A DNA stretch of 64,000 nucleotides from Camelus dromedarius. Taxonomy: Eukaryota. The notes beneath the pieces are model-generated. The model did not search any database. It saw only the letters and a program-made list of their open reading frames with translations, and was not told where the DNA came from. The stretch covers positions 39,246,001-39,310,000 of the forward strand of contig NC_087441.1 in the NCBI RefSeq assembly GCF_036321535.1. The letters run 5' to 3'. Shown one piece after another: positions 36,724 through 50,480 of this stretch; the stretch's first letter is position 1; each line of letters opens with the position of its first letter. Position numbers and translations under genes: made by a program.

Positions 36724-38634
36724 TTATAAAGCTGTGAAAATAAAATAACTAGGATGACAGGTATGGATAGACATACATCTTAAATAACTTTGAAAGAAAA
36801 ATGCAAGCTGTAAGAAACATGGAGTATGAAACATTATGTAAAGTCTTAAAAGAAAATAATGGTCCATATTCTTTATGGTTACTAACATCTGCAGGATTTA
36901 GAAACATATATAGGAATAAAAAATACCAAGTTCTGGGTAGTGGTGACCATTGAGGAGGAAAGAAGAGGATTAAGAAAGGTACAGGCTATTTCAACTGTAT
37001 CAGCACTGCTTTAATGCTTAAAGCAAAGCCTGAAGGATACATAGTAAAGCTTGGTAGTAAGTACTACATTTTCCTTATGTTTATAATTTCATATTTTAAA
37101 AATTCATTTAATAGGGTAAAGCAAGTGGAGGAGGAAATTGTAGACCATTCTTTCAGGGAACAATGTAGGAAAGGATGGAGCATTGATTGATTGACTGAAG
37201 TCACTATTGAGGTGTCAAAGTCTGCTGTAAAGGAGTTTGTTGATGACAAATTCTTAAGCTTTTATTAAAGTTTTATTATTGTTTACTGTTGAAAGAGCTA
37301 ATGACTGCATTTGCAGAACCAGCATGTAACTTGTCAATGAAAGTAACTGATTACATCCATGAGTAATCAATTTTCCTTGGGGTTTTATAGCCAAATGTTC
37401 TCCTTGGTAAAGGTAGCTTGTTGTTGCCTGTCTATTCAACACATAAAATGTCTATTCCTCAGCAGGGATTCACCAGCTCATTCACTGAGTATATGCTGGT
37501 ACCTGGGGCAGGGAAATCAGGTCTGACAGCTAGAGCTGTCCTCAGCGGGGTAGGAGTGCTGAGCAAATTAACACTGATTCTACGTAAAGAATTTCACTTA
37601 TAATAAGCACCAAAAGCAGCCTTAAATAGAAAAAGAAGTTGAAAAGGATGACAAGCCCCTGGACCAGATGTTACAGTAACTGAAAGTGGCTTTGCCTTGC
37701 CTGGGAGTTTGTGGATGATCCAAATGGTGCACATACAGCTGACACATCAGTAAACGCCCCCTCTTTAAGCGTCTCCCCAGTTCTCTACTCAGCTGCCGCG
37801 CCACCTCCCACAGGACCTGAACAGGGGAGTGGCCCAGTTCACCACTAACTTGTGTTGACTGGCTGCAGTGCAGATATATTGGTATTGAAGAATGTGTCAT
37901 TTTTCCAACCTCGGCTCCAAATTCAGTCCTCGGCTACAGAAAGAACTCTTAATACAAGAGGCAAAATTTCTCTTCTGCATTATTTTTAATGACTCTTCTT
38001 CCTAGTTTGCTGCCAGGGCAGACATTATAGGTCATCTACCTGTTTAAAACATAACCTCTGTGCTTTCTTTCATTTACAGGAAGGGCAGTTTTACATTTTA
38101 AAAAAAGAAGAAGAAGAAGAGCCTGGGGGACACAAGGTTCACTCAGATCAGAAGAGCTGCTGCAGGCAAGTAGGTTTCATAGTCTGAACACCAGTAAACC
38201 AGCGTCCCAGCCAGTGCCTGCGGCTGTGCCTGGGCAGGTCCTGCTCTTGCTTGGGTGGTGCTTGGCAGGGGCTCCTTCTGAAAGCCCCGTGGTCCTGGCT
38301 GCAGGGGCAGGGGAGAGGGGGTGACCCATCACTCCAGAGGAAGAGCTGGCTTTTTCTAATGAACCCACAATGTCCCAAATTCTCTTAGTGGCCCTGATAT
38401 CACCATACCACAGCCACTAGAGTTTAGTGAAATAGATTCCTGTGTCATCACTTCCTTCCCACCAAGTACGCAGGCCTTCTCTGTTTTTCTCAGGGATCTC
38501 TCATTCAGAGCCCAGAATTCACCCCATACTGGGCCCAGGGACATGCTGTCACCATACCTTAGTAGCTGTGGTGAGTCTGCTTCTAAAAGATTTTGCTCTA
38601 ACACATTAGAGTATGTGCAGTAGAAAAAAAAAAA

Positions 38635-39210
38635 ACAAACATTTTTTGCTTTAGAGTCAGCAAATTTAGCCCAAATCCCTCTTTGTTGCCAACTATCCAG
38701 CTAACCTTGAACAAGTTTTTAACCTCTCTGACTTTTAGGGGATACATTCCTATCCTAGAAAATGGCCATGATTACAGTACTGACTATTACACAGATTGTA
38801 GTTGAATTAAACTGGGAGGGAGGGGAGGAAAAATGTGTTGGAAACTGAAAAGTTTATATAAATGTAAGGTGTTATTAATCTGGTATGGAAAACCTCCCAC
38901 ACCCCCAACCGAACAAAACTGATTTTCCTGATAATGGTGTCATAAAACATAGAATTCCATTCAATATAGCCACCTACAAAAATAGTCTCTAGTCACTAGT
39001 GTTTATATAGTGCATTATCATGTTTTATAGCACAGATTATTTCTTTGATAATCACAATTATTCCATCAGGTAAGTATTATTATTGCCATTTCCCAGATGT
39101 GGAAACTGAGCCAAAGCAATAAAATAGCTGACCCAAGGCCACACAGCCAGTAAATGGTTGCAAGCAGCTTAGCCTGAGCCTCCCAAATGCTCCTGGGCTC
39201 TTTGAACCAC
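38635..39210. mobile_element. Two MIR SINEs (plus ~38640-38870; minus ~38990-39210)
   Basis: accttgaacaagtttttaacctctctg core; cagatgtggaaactgag...cccaaggccacacagc core. Confidence 0.6.
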
Positions 39211-39224
39211 ACCTAGTCTGTCAG

Positions 39225-39662
39225 TGTCGGGCTGCACCTCGCAGGCCTGCAGGCCTGTACTCACCCAGCTTCAAGACGGAACAAAGAGCCTGGAGTCAGG
39301 GACAGAGACATCAGTGGTTTAATGGAGAGGGAGAGTTTATATATCTGAAGCAAGGTCCTGGAGCACACCCTGTGCGCGGTGACAGCGGGCAGGACGTGGT
39401 GGCAGTCTTCACTCCAAGGCGAGCAGGGACGTCAGCAGTTACAGGGGGAATTGAGGTCAGGTTGGCTCATTTGTTACCAGGGAAACCAGCAGAGGGACAC
39501 ACCCCTCACGGCCCCTTTCATAAGAGCACTCTCTAGCTGGAGCCTGGGGCGAGTACGTAGGAAGGCCAGTCATGTGAGTAGGTGGAGGTGAAGCAGGCAC
39601 TGGTCAAGCAGAGGATGTACAGAGATCAAGAGAACAGCCACTTTAAGTGGCCTGACCATACA
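39225..39662 (-). mobile_element. ERV solo LTR, family unassigned
   Basis: 438 bp, TGTATGG...CCGACA ends, ATTAAA at 39323-39318, partial 5-bp TSD gtcag/gtcct, 12 CpGs. Confidence 0.7.
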
Positions 39663-40594
39663 GTCCTTTACAGGAAGAATTTTCCAGAACACATAGGGCT
39701 AATTGACTCAAGCTGCAAGAAATAGGAAGCTGCTTTCTCAAACTGAGTGTTCTGCTTCTGTTTCTGGAACAGGCTTGATCCCCTGCACCCTGCAGTTGTC
39801 AAGATGAGAGGGTTTCTTGTTTTAACATTAAGTATCTATACTTCTGCATAAATAAAGATAGCCTTTAATAGCTAACATCTCGGGTACTTTCAAATAAAAG
39901 CTAAGGGCTTGCTTGCTTTCTTTGCCAGAATCGTTATGCATTATTAAACTGGAGAACACCCATTTTGAGCAAGAGTTTTATAAGAAAATATCACCACCCA
40001 AATTCTGTCATATCTTGAAATTGCTGCTTATGCAAAAAAAGTTACCAGATGTATTTGAATTTTGTAATCACTCAATACAGTGATCTGTGATATCTGTTAG
40101 TTAGGGGATAAGGTGATACCCATTGGAATTGTTGATTAGGTTTGAACCCAGGATTCAGTGCCTACAGATTGTTGATCCTATCTCGAATTCACACAACAAT
40201 CAATTCAAAGACTGAATAATGCTAACATTTAGATCTATCTTGCATTGTGAAGGTTTCTGTTAGTGATTTTAAAACAATGCCTTGGCACGAGAGCAAAACA
40301 CCACTCCTACACTCCCCTGGGCTAAAGAATGTTCAGTAGCTGGTGCTGCCGTTTTGACTCTCCACTATCAGCTTTTATGCTTCTTGATTAGGACTCGTCC
40401 CCACAAGTGAAGCAGCATTTGATTGTTGGCAAGATTCATGGCTGTAAGACAGTCTTATTTATGATTGTTTTCTCTTCAGTTCAGCAAAGAGCAAAAGCAG
40501 TTGAGTGCAGAGGTAGCACCCGGTCTCAAAGCAAGGAGAAACTGGCAAACACGAAGGGACAGAGATTGATACACTTCCTTCATCGTCGCATACA

Positions 40595-40636
40595 ATGTCT
40601 CGTCCTGCACACAGAAGACCAGAATACCATAAAATA
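40595..40636 (+). CDS. TRAPPC3L: TRAPPC3L (BET3L) exon 1 (MSRPAHRRPEYHKI)
   Basis: acaATG start, 42 nt, donor ATA|GTAAGT. Confidence 0.92.
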
Positions 40637-43289
40637 GTAAGTTCTTTCTATAAACATATTCTCAAAGAGATTTTTTTCCCCTGAAGCTGTTTTCTTGAGT
40701 GATTTCTGATTTATTTTGAAAGGTGACGTTATTAAATAGACATTTTCAGTGGAGCAGGGGAGTGTTTATTGGAGAGAACCATAAATGACACTTCTGGGGA
40801 TAGTTACAATGATCTCTTACATACTGAGAGAATAATCGTCTCTTTATATATATTTTAAGGTCCACTTTTCTGACTAATTATGTCTATGCAAGCATCAAAT
40901 TTTTCTTTTGTCTCTAACAGAAAATAGAAAAAGATTAAGCAATTCTTTGTGTGTTATATTTGTAATTTGTTGTATTTCAAATTTCCAGAAATAGGAAATG
41001 AAATGTATAGCAAATATTGATTAAATTAAGCAGGAATATGTTATCCAAAAACTTGGGATTAAAAGATTGCCTCTAAAAACATAGTTCCTAATCTTCAATG
41101 TAAGTGATTATTATTGTGATTTGCTACATGCTGTTATACTTTCTGTATATTCCATGTTCAGAGTTATTTTTAAAACTTAATTAGTTGCAGGTTAGATTTG
41201 GATAAATATTGTTCTTTAATCTTTTATTACAGTTTAGAGGCATTCAGAAGTTACAGATGTGAAAACTCATCATTAAGTTTAAAGCTCTGTTAATTACTTC
41301 AGAAGACTGATGGACATTGCATGAAATTAAGTAATTTCAGACGTGAATACTTAGAATTGTATGACTAACCCATGTGCACCGCAGTTGGGAATGCCTGCAG
41401 ATGCCCCCTCTGACATTCTGGGCTCTTTATTTATTTTTATGTGGAGCTGTCAAATGCCAAAAAATATTGGACGTAGTTCATATTGCACCTAAAATCACTT
41501 GATTTATATATCAGTTAAAACACATTTTTATCCTGGTATATCCAAAACCTCCTAAAATAAATTACTGGTGTTCTCTTTTTCATACGTGAAAATGATTGCT
41601 TTTTATTGTTTTTAAAACTATGAGGCTAAATTTTTGTTGACCTTTCTTCTAATCAATCGTGTGGATTTGAGACCCCCTGGACATGCAGTTCAAGGTACGG
41701 CCTTTGGCCATGAAGTAGAATAAAGCAGCCTGGCCTTTACGGGCACTGAGCTTGAAACGCAACTGGAAGTAAAATGTAGTTAGTACCCCACCACCACCAC
41801 CACCAGAGTGAGAGAGAGAAAAGAAAAGAAAATGCTATTATTTCAGTTTAGCCTTAGCTATAAATGGGCACAATGTTGAAGTATGGCACAGAGGTAGGTA
41901 TAATTTTATCTCCTTTTCTCTCTTTTTCAAATACTTTTTACTGCTAGTGACAATGACCATTATTCTTCTCTCTCTCTCTCTCTCTCTTTTCTTCACCTTT
42001 GCTTATTTTTATGCTGTAGCATTGGCACATAAAAGTAATTTATCTTCTCCTGTGGTTCCTTATACATTAGGCAGATATTTCATATAATTAATTTACAGGC
42101 ATTTCTTGTGATTTATGAGTAGATTCTTGGAAGATTCAAAAAAGAACAGAATTAAAATTGACTACATGATAACCCTTCAGTGCTTTGTTTAACAATTTTT
42201 TTGGTTCAAATCACTTGCTTTACATTCCTGGTTTCCTAGTAAGACTATTAATGCTCTCATTATTTTCCCATACCTGAATTGTGTATATTAGTCCTTAATG
42301 TAATGTCAAGTAATGTATTTAATGTATATACTGTACACATTTATGACATTTTGATTTATCTTTTTCAAAACAATGTCCATATGTGCCACATACTATTTAG
42401 ATTCTGTTTACTTAAAATTTATTTAGTTATAATACATAGTCTACCCAATTAAAAAAACATATCTGTCATGACACAAACCCATACATAAGGAAGTGGGTAC
42501 TAGTGGTATTGGGCCAATTTTAGAAGTATTTATATCAAAATTATGTAACATTTTATAGGAGTCACTTTTGTTAAGTGAACTATTTTATTGGTTTTCTGAG
42601 CTATTTCTGCTCATGATTTAAGAAAAAAACAATTAAATACATATTATCAGGCCTTACCTTCCCTCCACCCCGTGTTAGGCTACCCAAGATACCTGGGCCC
42701 AGAGGTCAGGACACCTCTTCTAACCTGGAATCCACATTTCATGAGATTACAAGATTAAGCCTAAAATAAGATTATGTTCAACAGTGGTACCCTTCCCTAC
42801 CCCATCTCCCATTCACCTCTGCTCCAAACAGTGCTCTCTTTTGTGCACCTCGGAAATAGTTGCTGTCAGAGGGAGCCTGCAGTCGCCCTCCACTCTGGCT
42901 CTGTCAGTCGCTAGCTGGGCAAGTCACCCACTCCTCCTGAAGCCTCATTTCCTCTTCAGTAGGACAGAGAGCATTGGAACAAATTATCTGTAATGTCCTC
43001 TTCTCTTGGTATTCAACATAAGATGCAGAACTGTGAGGCTCTTAAAAGGATTGATTGAGCTTTGCTCTTTCTCTTTTCCATATTTTCAACATATCTATGC
43101 TAAACCAGACCTAAATTATCCTCAGTTTTAATTTTCATCTTTAATTCACTCTGAAAATGGACATATTTTGGAGATCCATGTGGAAAGTGCAAATTCTCCT
43201 TTTTTCTCTAAGTATAAAGAAAAAACTCACAAATTTGTTGCTATAGTTGGATTCAGCCTGATGGTCTCCTTGGCTGATCTGGAACCCAT

Positions 43290-43923
43290 TAGGAATTTTT
43301 TTTTCAATTTTTTTTTTTTTATTGTATTACATATTTTTTTGTTTGTGGGTTTTTCTGAGAGGGAGGTAATTAGGTTTACTTATTTTTTTATTGCTTCTTT
43401 TTTTATTGAAGTATAGTCAGTTTACAAAGTTGTGTCAATTTCTGGTGTACAGCATAATGTTTCAGTCATACATATACATACATGTATTCGTTTTCATATT
43501 CTTTTTCATTATAGGTTACTACAGATTGAATATAGTTCCCTGTGCTATACAGAAAAAACTTGTTGTTTACCTATGTTATATATAGCAGTTAGTATCTGCA
43601 AATCTCTATCTCCCAGTTTATCCCTTCCCACTCACCCCTGGTAACCATAAGTTTGTTTTCTATGTCTTTAAGGCTGTTTCTGTTTTATAAATAAGTTCAT
43701 TTGTGTGGTGTGTTTTGTTTTGTTTAGATTCCACATATGAGTGATATCATATGGTATGTTTCTTTCTCTTTCTGGCTTACTTCACTTAGAATAATGATCT
43801 CCAGGTCCATCCATGTTGCTGCAAATGGATTACTTATTTATTTTTAATGGAGGTACTGGGGATTGAACCCAGGACCTCGTGCATGCTAAACTTGTGCTCT
43901 ACCACTGATTTATACCCTCCCCC
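43290..43923 (-). mobile_element. tRNA-Ala-derived SINE (camelid-type), split by an L1 insertion
   Basis: Head GGGGAGGGTATAAATCAGTGGTAGAGC...GGTTCAATCCCCAGTACCTCCA at 43923-43846; tail AAACCTAATTACCTCCC resumes at ~43377-43361; A-rich end. Confidence 0.8.
43386..43829 (-). mobile_element. 5'-truncated L1 3' end (cetartiodactyl-type)
   Basis: L1 3'UTR ending ...CTATACTTCAATAAAA; TSD ttacttattt at 43376-43385 and 43830-43839. Confidence 0.85.
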
Positions 43924-44236
43924 TCATAAGGGATTGTGCAGACTCACGAGACATCTCATGCAATTATTCCTTCCAACTGAAAACATGGTCAGCATATACC
44001 AAAGGCCATTCTAGAACAATAAGAATTTATATCAGCAATTAGTATTTTAAAAAACTTCCTCCATAAAAATGCATTGCAAGTTATATAATACAAGCAAATG
44101 TGTAGAATGATGTTCTCATGTTAAGAAATTTCACTGCTCTTTGCCTGTGAGCAATGTATCCAAATATGGGTACAGTGTGTTCTCAAAATTGAAAATTGTT
44201 GTAGTAATTAGGTGGGGTGGAGTGTGGAAAAAATAA

Positions 44237-44455
<219 letters not shown>

Positions 44456-47212
44456 TGAGTAAAAGTCTTCCATTCTTGTGGAACATAGTAACATAGTTGT
44501 TTCTTAACAACCTCCGTGTGTTGCCCTCCTCTTTCCACTTTTCTTGCTGCATTTCACCAGCTCCTCTTCTATTTCAATGAATCACATCTTAAATTTCTGA
44601 CAACTGCCATTTGGGTTGCCATAAAATATAAAGTAATACGAGGGGACTTTTATTTCAGGAATGTCAGTCATGCAGTGTTTTCTTTTTCATTAGAAATCAT
44701 TTCTTTGCTAGTCGCCTATAAGCAAAGGATGTCGTAAAACTGAAGTTGTTCTTTAAACAATATGGTGGATCATCAAATTTGATTCTTTTCGGAGGTCTTC
44801 TGTTCTAACACAGTTTCTTCCAATGTAAACACGAGCTTACACAAGCATGGACCATCTCTGGAAGGATATGAAAACAAGAAAAAATACTAATGGTAATTGC
44901 CCGAGAAAACCGGGAGGTAGGGGATTATGGGAAGAAGGTAGATTTACTGTTTCCTGCAAAGTGTGTTTATTATTTGAACACTTTTACCATTACTATGCTT
45001 TACTTAAAAATATATTAAATGGAGAAACCCGTTCCTTCCTTTTAAAATAAAGCCCATTTTCCTTTATTTATGGATATTTCTCCTGTACAAACTCAGCCTT
45101 TAGTTTTCAGAAAAATTGTATGATCATCATATTACCTCCTAAAAATAAAATATTTGCCAGTATATTTTGAATATCTTAATTATGGGTCCTGAAAAGGACT
45201 CTAACAGAGCAATACCTGGAAAACTTGTACTAGTTAGAAGATTTGTACCTGTACTAGTTAGACAGGTTGAAGAGAAAATTCAGCTTAGTTAAGCGTTTTA
45301 TAGCTTTTTAAAAAGTTTCATTGTATTCTCAATTGGAATACAGAAATAAGACAACATTGAGGAAAGCTTGAAAGATTTTTTTTAAAACCCTTGGTTTCCT
45401 CTCTATGTTTATCCTTTTTTACTGGAAAGTTATTTTTCATTGTCCTATATTTATTTTTATTTTGGTTCACATACCTTTTTTTTCCTTTTTTTCTTTTTTT
45501 TCTTTTTTTTTTTCATTTCTTCTTATCCAGGGGTACTTCCTCAGTTAAACTGTCTGTAACAGTGGGAGCTTCTTAAGCCATTTTATATTTAGGTCACTCT
45601 TAAACATATGATAAAGCATTTTCACAAGTTACATTATTTTATTTATGTTAGGTTAAATTTGCATGGCTTTGTGGAACAGCAGCATAAAATGAAAAGAATC
45701 ATTTATTTGACTAAAAAAAAACCCTTTGGTTAGTTACTTGGGTTCACATTTTAGCGAATACGAATGAAATATTAGGTAAAGAATATATTTTGAGAGGCTG
45801 TAGAAAAGCTTTGTCTTAAGAAAAACAATAATTCACATTTGGAGTTCTTTAATAGCTTCTGCTGAGAGCATCTTACATTTTTAATTTGATAGATACAAAT
45901 CTACTTTGCAGAAACATACCCTTTGACCAAAGCAAGATATGTATGTGTGCGTGTGTATGCATATATATTGCACTGACCACAAAATTCTGCCTTCCCATCA
46001 CCGTTCCCAGGGGCCGAGCCTACAGATATGCATAATAATTATAAAACACTGGAAACATTTTTTTTTAATCCTGGTGCAACTATTTCTATAAAGTATACGT
46101 TCTGTTCTTTAAAAGGCTTTTCAGTGTGAACTTTCTGGCTAGACTCACAAAGTGTCTTTCATGAAAGGCAAGTAAGCTCAATTGAATATTTCCATCCACT
46201 CAGAAATATTATTGAATAATCTCATAGATTTAGTAAATTAATAAGCACTCTGACATCCATCGCCCCCCGTTCCCTGGGTCACCAAATATCCCTCCACTCA
46301 CCACTTTAGACCCTATGAAGCAAATACTGCCCTTCCAAACTGTGGTGTCTTTTATCTTGTTGGGCCTTCTGTTGCTCCATTCAAATTGTTTCACAAGTAC
46401 ATGTAGCTGTGAGATTAAAAGACCAATTTTATGCCAGTGATTTAGCAAAAGCAGTCTTCTTTCTTTTTATTTCCGCCATCAAGGTCTTATTTCCTTGACT
46501 AGATTGAAAGTTCTTAGCTGCCTTGTAAAGGTGTCTGCTCCGTTGTGTTGTCACATCTCAATACAATGCTTTCAGAATTGTACTTTGAGTGCTACTCAAG
46601 CTGTTTGCTGTGGGGTGGAGCTAACACATAATACAAATACCTCCTCCCAAGTTCCACTGATTCAGTTTCCCTGGAATAAAAAATGAATTTTCTGAACTTC
46701 GCTATTTTGTTTTTGTTTTCACCAAACTTCAGCGTTCTAATGGCTGAAACTTGCACTGGCAACAAAAATTGATTTCTCCATTTCCTTCTTTCCCTCTTTC
46801 GAGAGCACATCCCAGACATGCCTGCTCTCCTACCATGATAACTATGCCAAGAGGAAAACGAGCATCCAGGTAGCACACCTGTAGTAGACAACAAGTTAGC
46901 CAGAACCTCATTCTGTTTCTGACAACAGCTAATGATGAGAAAGTTAGTTGCCAATGGGAAGCACAAGGCTACAAACACCTATCTCCTTTAACTTTAATTT
47001 ACATTGTCAAGTTTGGGCCAGCCTTGACTCCTCAGACGTTTTCTGCTTGCAGGAGACTAGTTAATATTTCCTGTGTGGGTTGTTCTCTGCTTCTGTGGTC
47101 TGTGGGACACATAACAAGTGCCAAGTCTCCACTTGAATTTTCAAGTTAGGTTTACTTTGTCATTTGTTTGTGCAAGTGCTAAACAGATGAATCCATTCTT
47201 AAACAGTGATAG

Positions 47213-47407
<195 letters not shown>

Positions 47408-48669
47408 TGATTTGTCCTGAGTTTGGTGGTTTTCTGCTCTGATTGAACAAGTTCCATCTGTATTTGTTTTTAGGTGCTAAGACAGGAGATTCTGAATGAA
47501 AAGCATTTTATTTCAGCCCAGAGATAAAGCTACTGTGAACAGAGATAAATGCTTCCAAGCTTTTAAATGTCTACTGATTTTTCTGACCACATGGTGTGTG
47601 TGGAATGTATGTCCCACCCTGGGAAAAATGTTTTGAGAAGGCAAACAGAAGGGGTTATGAGACAACCTTGTAACATGCATACCCCAAACCAATTTCTTTG
47701 TATCATTATTTCTAGCTCATGAAAGGAGGTAATCTTTGGTTATCTCAGAGAATATTGTTGTAGCCATTTCATTCCTGGAGCAATGTTTTCCCCAGAGAAG
47801 AGTTAAGCTTCCTGTAACTATCTGTGCTCTAAGAACTTTCACAGCTCTTACATGAGAGAAGCAACTTTGAATCATCCAGCACCAGCTTGAATTTCTTAGA
47901 TATAAGATAAGATTGGGAAATGCATCTTTAGGTGGAATTCATTTAACCTGCTTACCTGTGGTTATTAACCTAGTGTTGTTCATTTGTGGGAAACCTAAGA
48001 GGCATGCATGACCATGAGATATTTATGGGGTCCAGTATACTGCCTCCAGCCTCTCACAACTGACCAGTTAAGCCAGTCTCATTCTTCTTTTCTCTCCTGA
48101 TCTTCAATATTATTATACATTGAAATACTGACCCTTCCCATGCACTATGTAGAACTATTACTACATAATGCCTTATGATTCTAAATGCAGTTGTACATAT
48201 TTTTTGTCTTTCATTCTTACAGTAGCTCTGTGAATTAGGCAGAGTAAGAGTTATTGTTCCCATTTTCCAGATAAGAAAACCGAGTCCCAGAAAGAATATG
48301 ATAAAAGTTGAATACTATGGGGAAGGAAATTTTGTACATTCAAAAATGCAATCCAAGTGAAAGATTTTTCTCACTTATTGTTATTATTAATTTTGATATT
48401 TCATGGCTAGTGAATCATGTAGTTGAGAGTGAAATCCAGGTCTTCCAGTCCTAGTGTAATAAGTTTACTACATCATAAACAAGTTTAAAAATTCTCTTTC
48501 CATCTTTAATGTAACTAAGGAGTATATTCTTGTATACAGATATAGAATATAACTGAGATTCTGAAGCAGTAGTTTGAAAAATGAAATAATTTTTCACTAA
48601 ACTAATTCTATGGGCAATACTACAAGAATAATCTTTGTTTTAATGGGAAGCAAATGTTTGAAGTATACA

Positions 48670-50480
48670 AATGTAGGTGGTTGTGTTAAAATGCCATTGG
48701 GATTTTGATAAAGATTGTACTGCATCAGTATATCACTTTGAGTGGTATGGACATTTTAACAATAAGTCTTCCAATTCATGAATATGGAATGACATGCTAT
48801 TTTTTTCATATCTTATTTCATTTCTTTCATCAGCATTTTGTAGTTTTCAGTATACAAGCCTTTCACCTCCTTAGTTAAGTTTATTCCTCGGAATGTTATC
48901 CATTTTTGATGCTCTTGTAAATGGAATTGTTCGGGAGTTTTGGTGGGGAAGGGAGTAGTTCACTGTTAGTGTAAAGAAACACTACTGATTTTGTATTCTG
49001 ACTTCGTGTCCTGCAAGATTGCTGAAATCATTTATCAGTTCTAACAGTGTGTGTGCGTGTGTGTGAGCGCGAGCACACGCGTGTGTGTATTCTTTAGGGT
49101 TTTCCATATCTAAGATCACATCATGTGCGAAAAGAGAGAATTGTGCTTCTTCCTTTCCAGTTCGGATGGGTTTTCTTTTTCTTGCCTAATTGCTCTGGCC
49201 TGGACTCCCAGCACTATGTTGAGTAGAAGTGACGAGGGTAGGCATTCTTACCTGCTCCTGATCTTAGAGGACAGCTTCACCACTGAGTCTGTCAATGGGG
49301 AAAGGATAGTCTCATCAACAAATGGTGCTAAGAAAATATGCAAAAGAATGGACTTGGACCCTTGTCTCACGCCAGACACAAAAATCAACTCAAATGGATT
49401 AAAAACTTAAACATTAGACCCCAAACTGTAGGGGGAAAGCTTCATGACATTGGTCTTGGCAGTGATTTCATAGATACGACACCAAAAGCACAGGCAACAA
49501 AAATAAAATAAACAAATGAGATTGCAACAAAATAGAATGCATCTGCACAATAAACAACAGAGTGAAAAGGCAACCTATTGAATGGGAGAAAACATCTGCA
49601 AACCATTGATCTGATAAGGAGTTAATCTCCAAAATATATAAGGAACCCTATAACTCTATTTAAGGAAAAACTAATAACCTGATTAAGNNNNNNNNNNNNN
49701 NNNNNNNNNNNNNNNNNNNNNNNNNNNNNNNNNNNNNNNNNNNNNNNNNNNNNNNNNNNNNNNNNNNNNNNNNNNNNNNNNNNNNNNNNNNNNNNNNNNN
49801 NNNNNNNNNNNNNNNNNNNNNNNNNNNNNNNNNNNCCATTAGAAAAAAACAGAATTGTTGCTGGGGAAATGGAGAAATGGAATCCCACTGCTGGTGGGAT
49901 TGTAAATTGGTGCAGCCACTGCGGAAAAGAGTCAGGAAGTTCCTCAAAAAGTTAAAAATAGAATTACCATATGATCTACCAATCCCACTTATGGATATTT
50001 ATCCAAAAGAAAATCAGGATCTTGAGAAGATATAAGCACTCCTATATATTCAACATAGCACTGTTCACTGTAGCCAAGATGTGAAAACAACCTGAAACTT
50101 AGTCAACAGATGACTAGATAAAGAAAACGTGGTCTACACATACAATGGCATATTACCCAGTCTTTAAAAAGAAGGAAATCCTGCAATAGGCAACAACATG
50201 GTTGAAGCCAGTCACAGAATGACAAATACTGCACGATTCCACCCATGTGAGGTACTTAAAATAGTCAGATTCAGAGACTCACAGAGTGGAATGACGGTTG
50301 CCAAGGCCTGGGTGGGGAGGGGACATGGAAAGTTACTAATCAGCAGGCATAAAGTTTCAGTCCAGCAAGGTGAATGGGCCCTGGAGGTTTATGGTACAGC
50401 AGTGTCCCTATAGTTAACAATAATGTACACTTAAAAATGTGTCAGAAGGGTAGATCTTATGCTACTTATCACAATAAAAA
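48670..50480 (+). mobile_element. Old L1 (L1MA9-like 3' end) with an inverted 5' segment
   Basis: 48670-49272 is degenerate ORF2 RT region on minus; ~49285-50480 is ORF2 end plus 3'UTR on plus, ending cacaataaaa; includes gap 49688-49835. Confidence 0.75.

Noticed and set aside
43846-43923. tRNA-Ala(AGC)-like sequence
   Set aside because: Mutated A-box and stems followed by a SINE tail; it is a SINE head, not a tRNA gene
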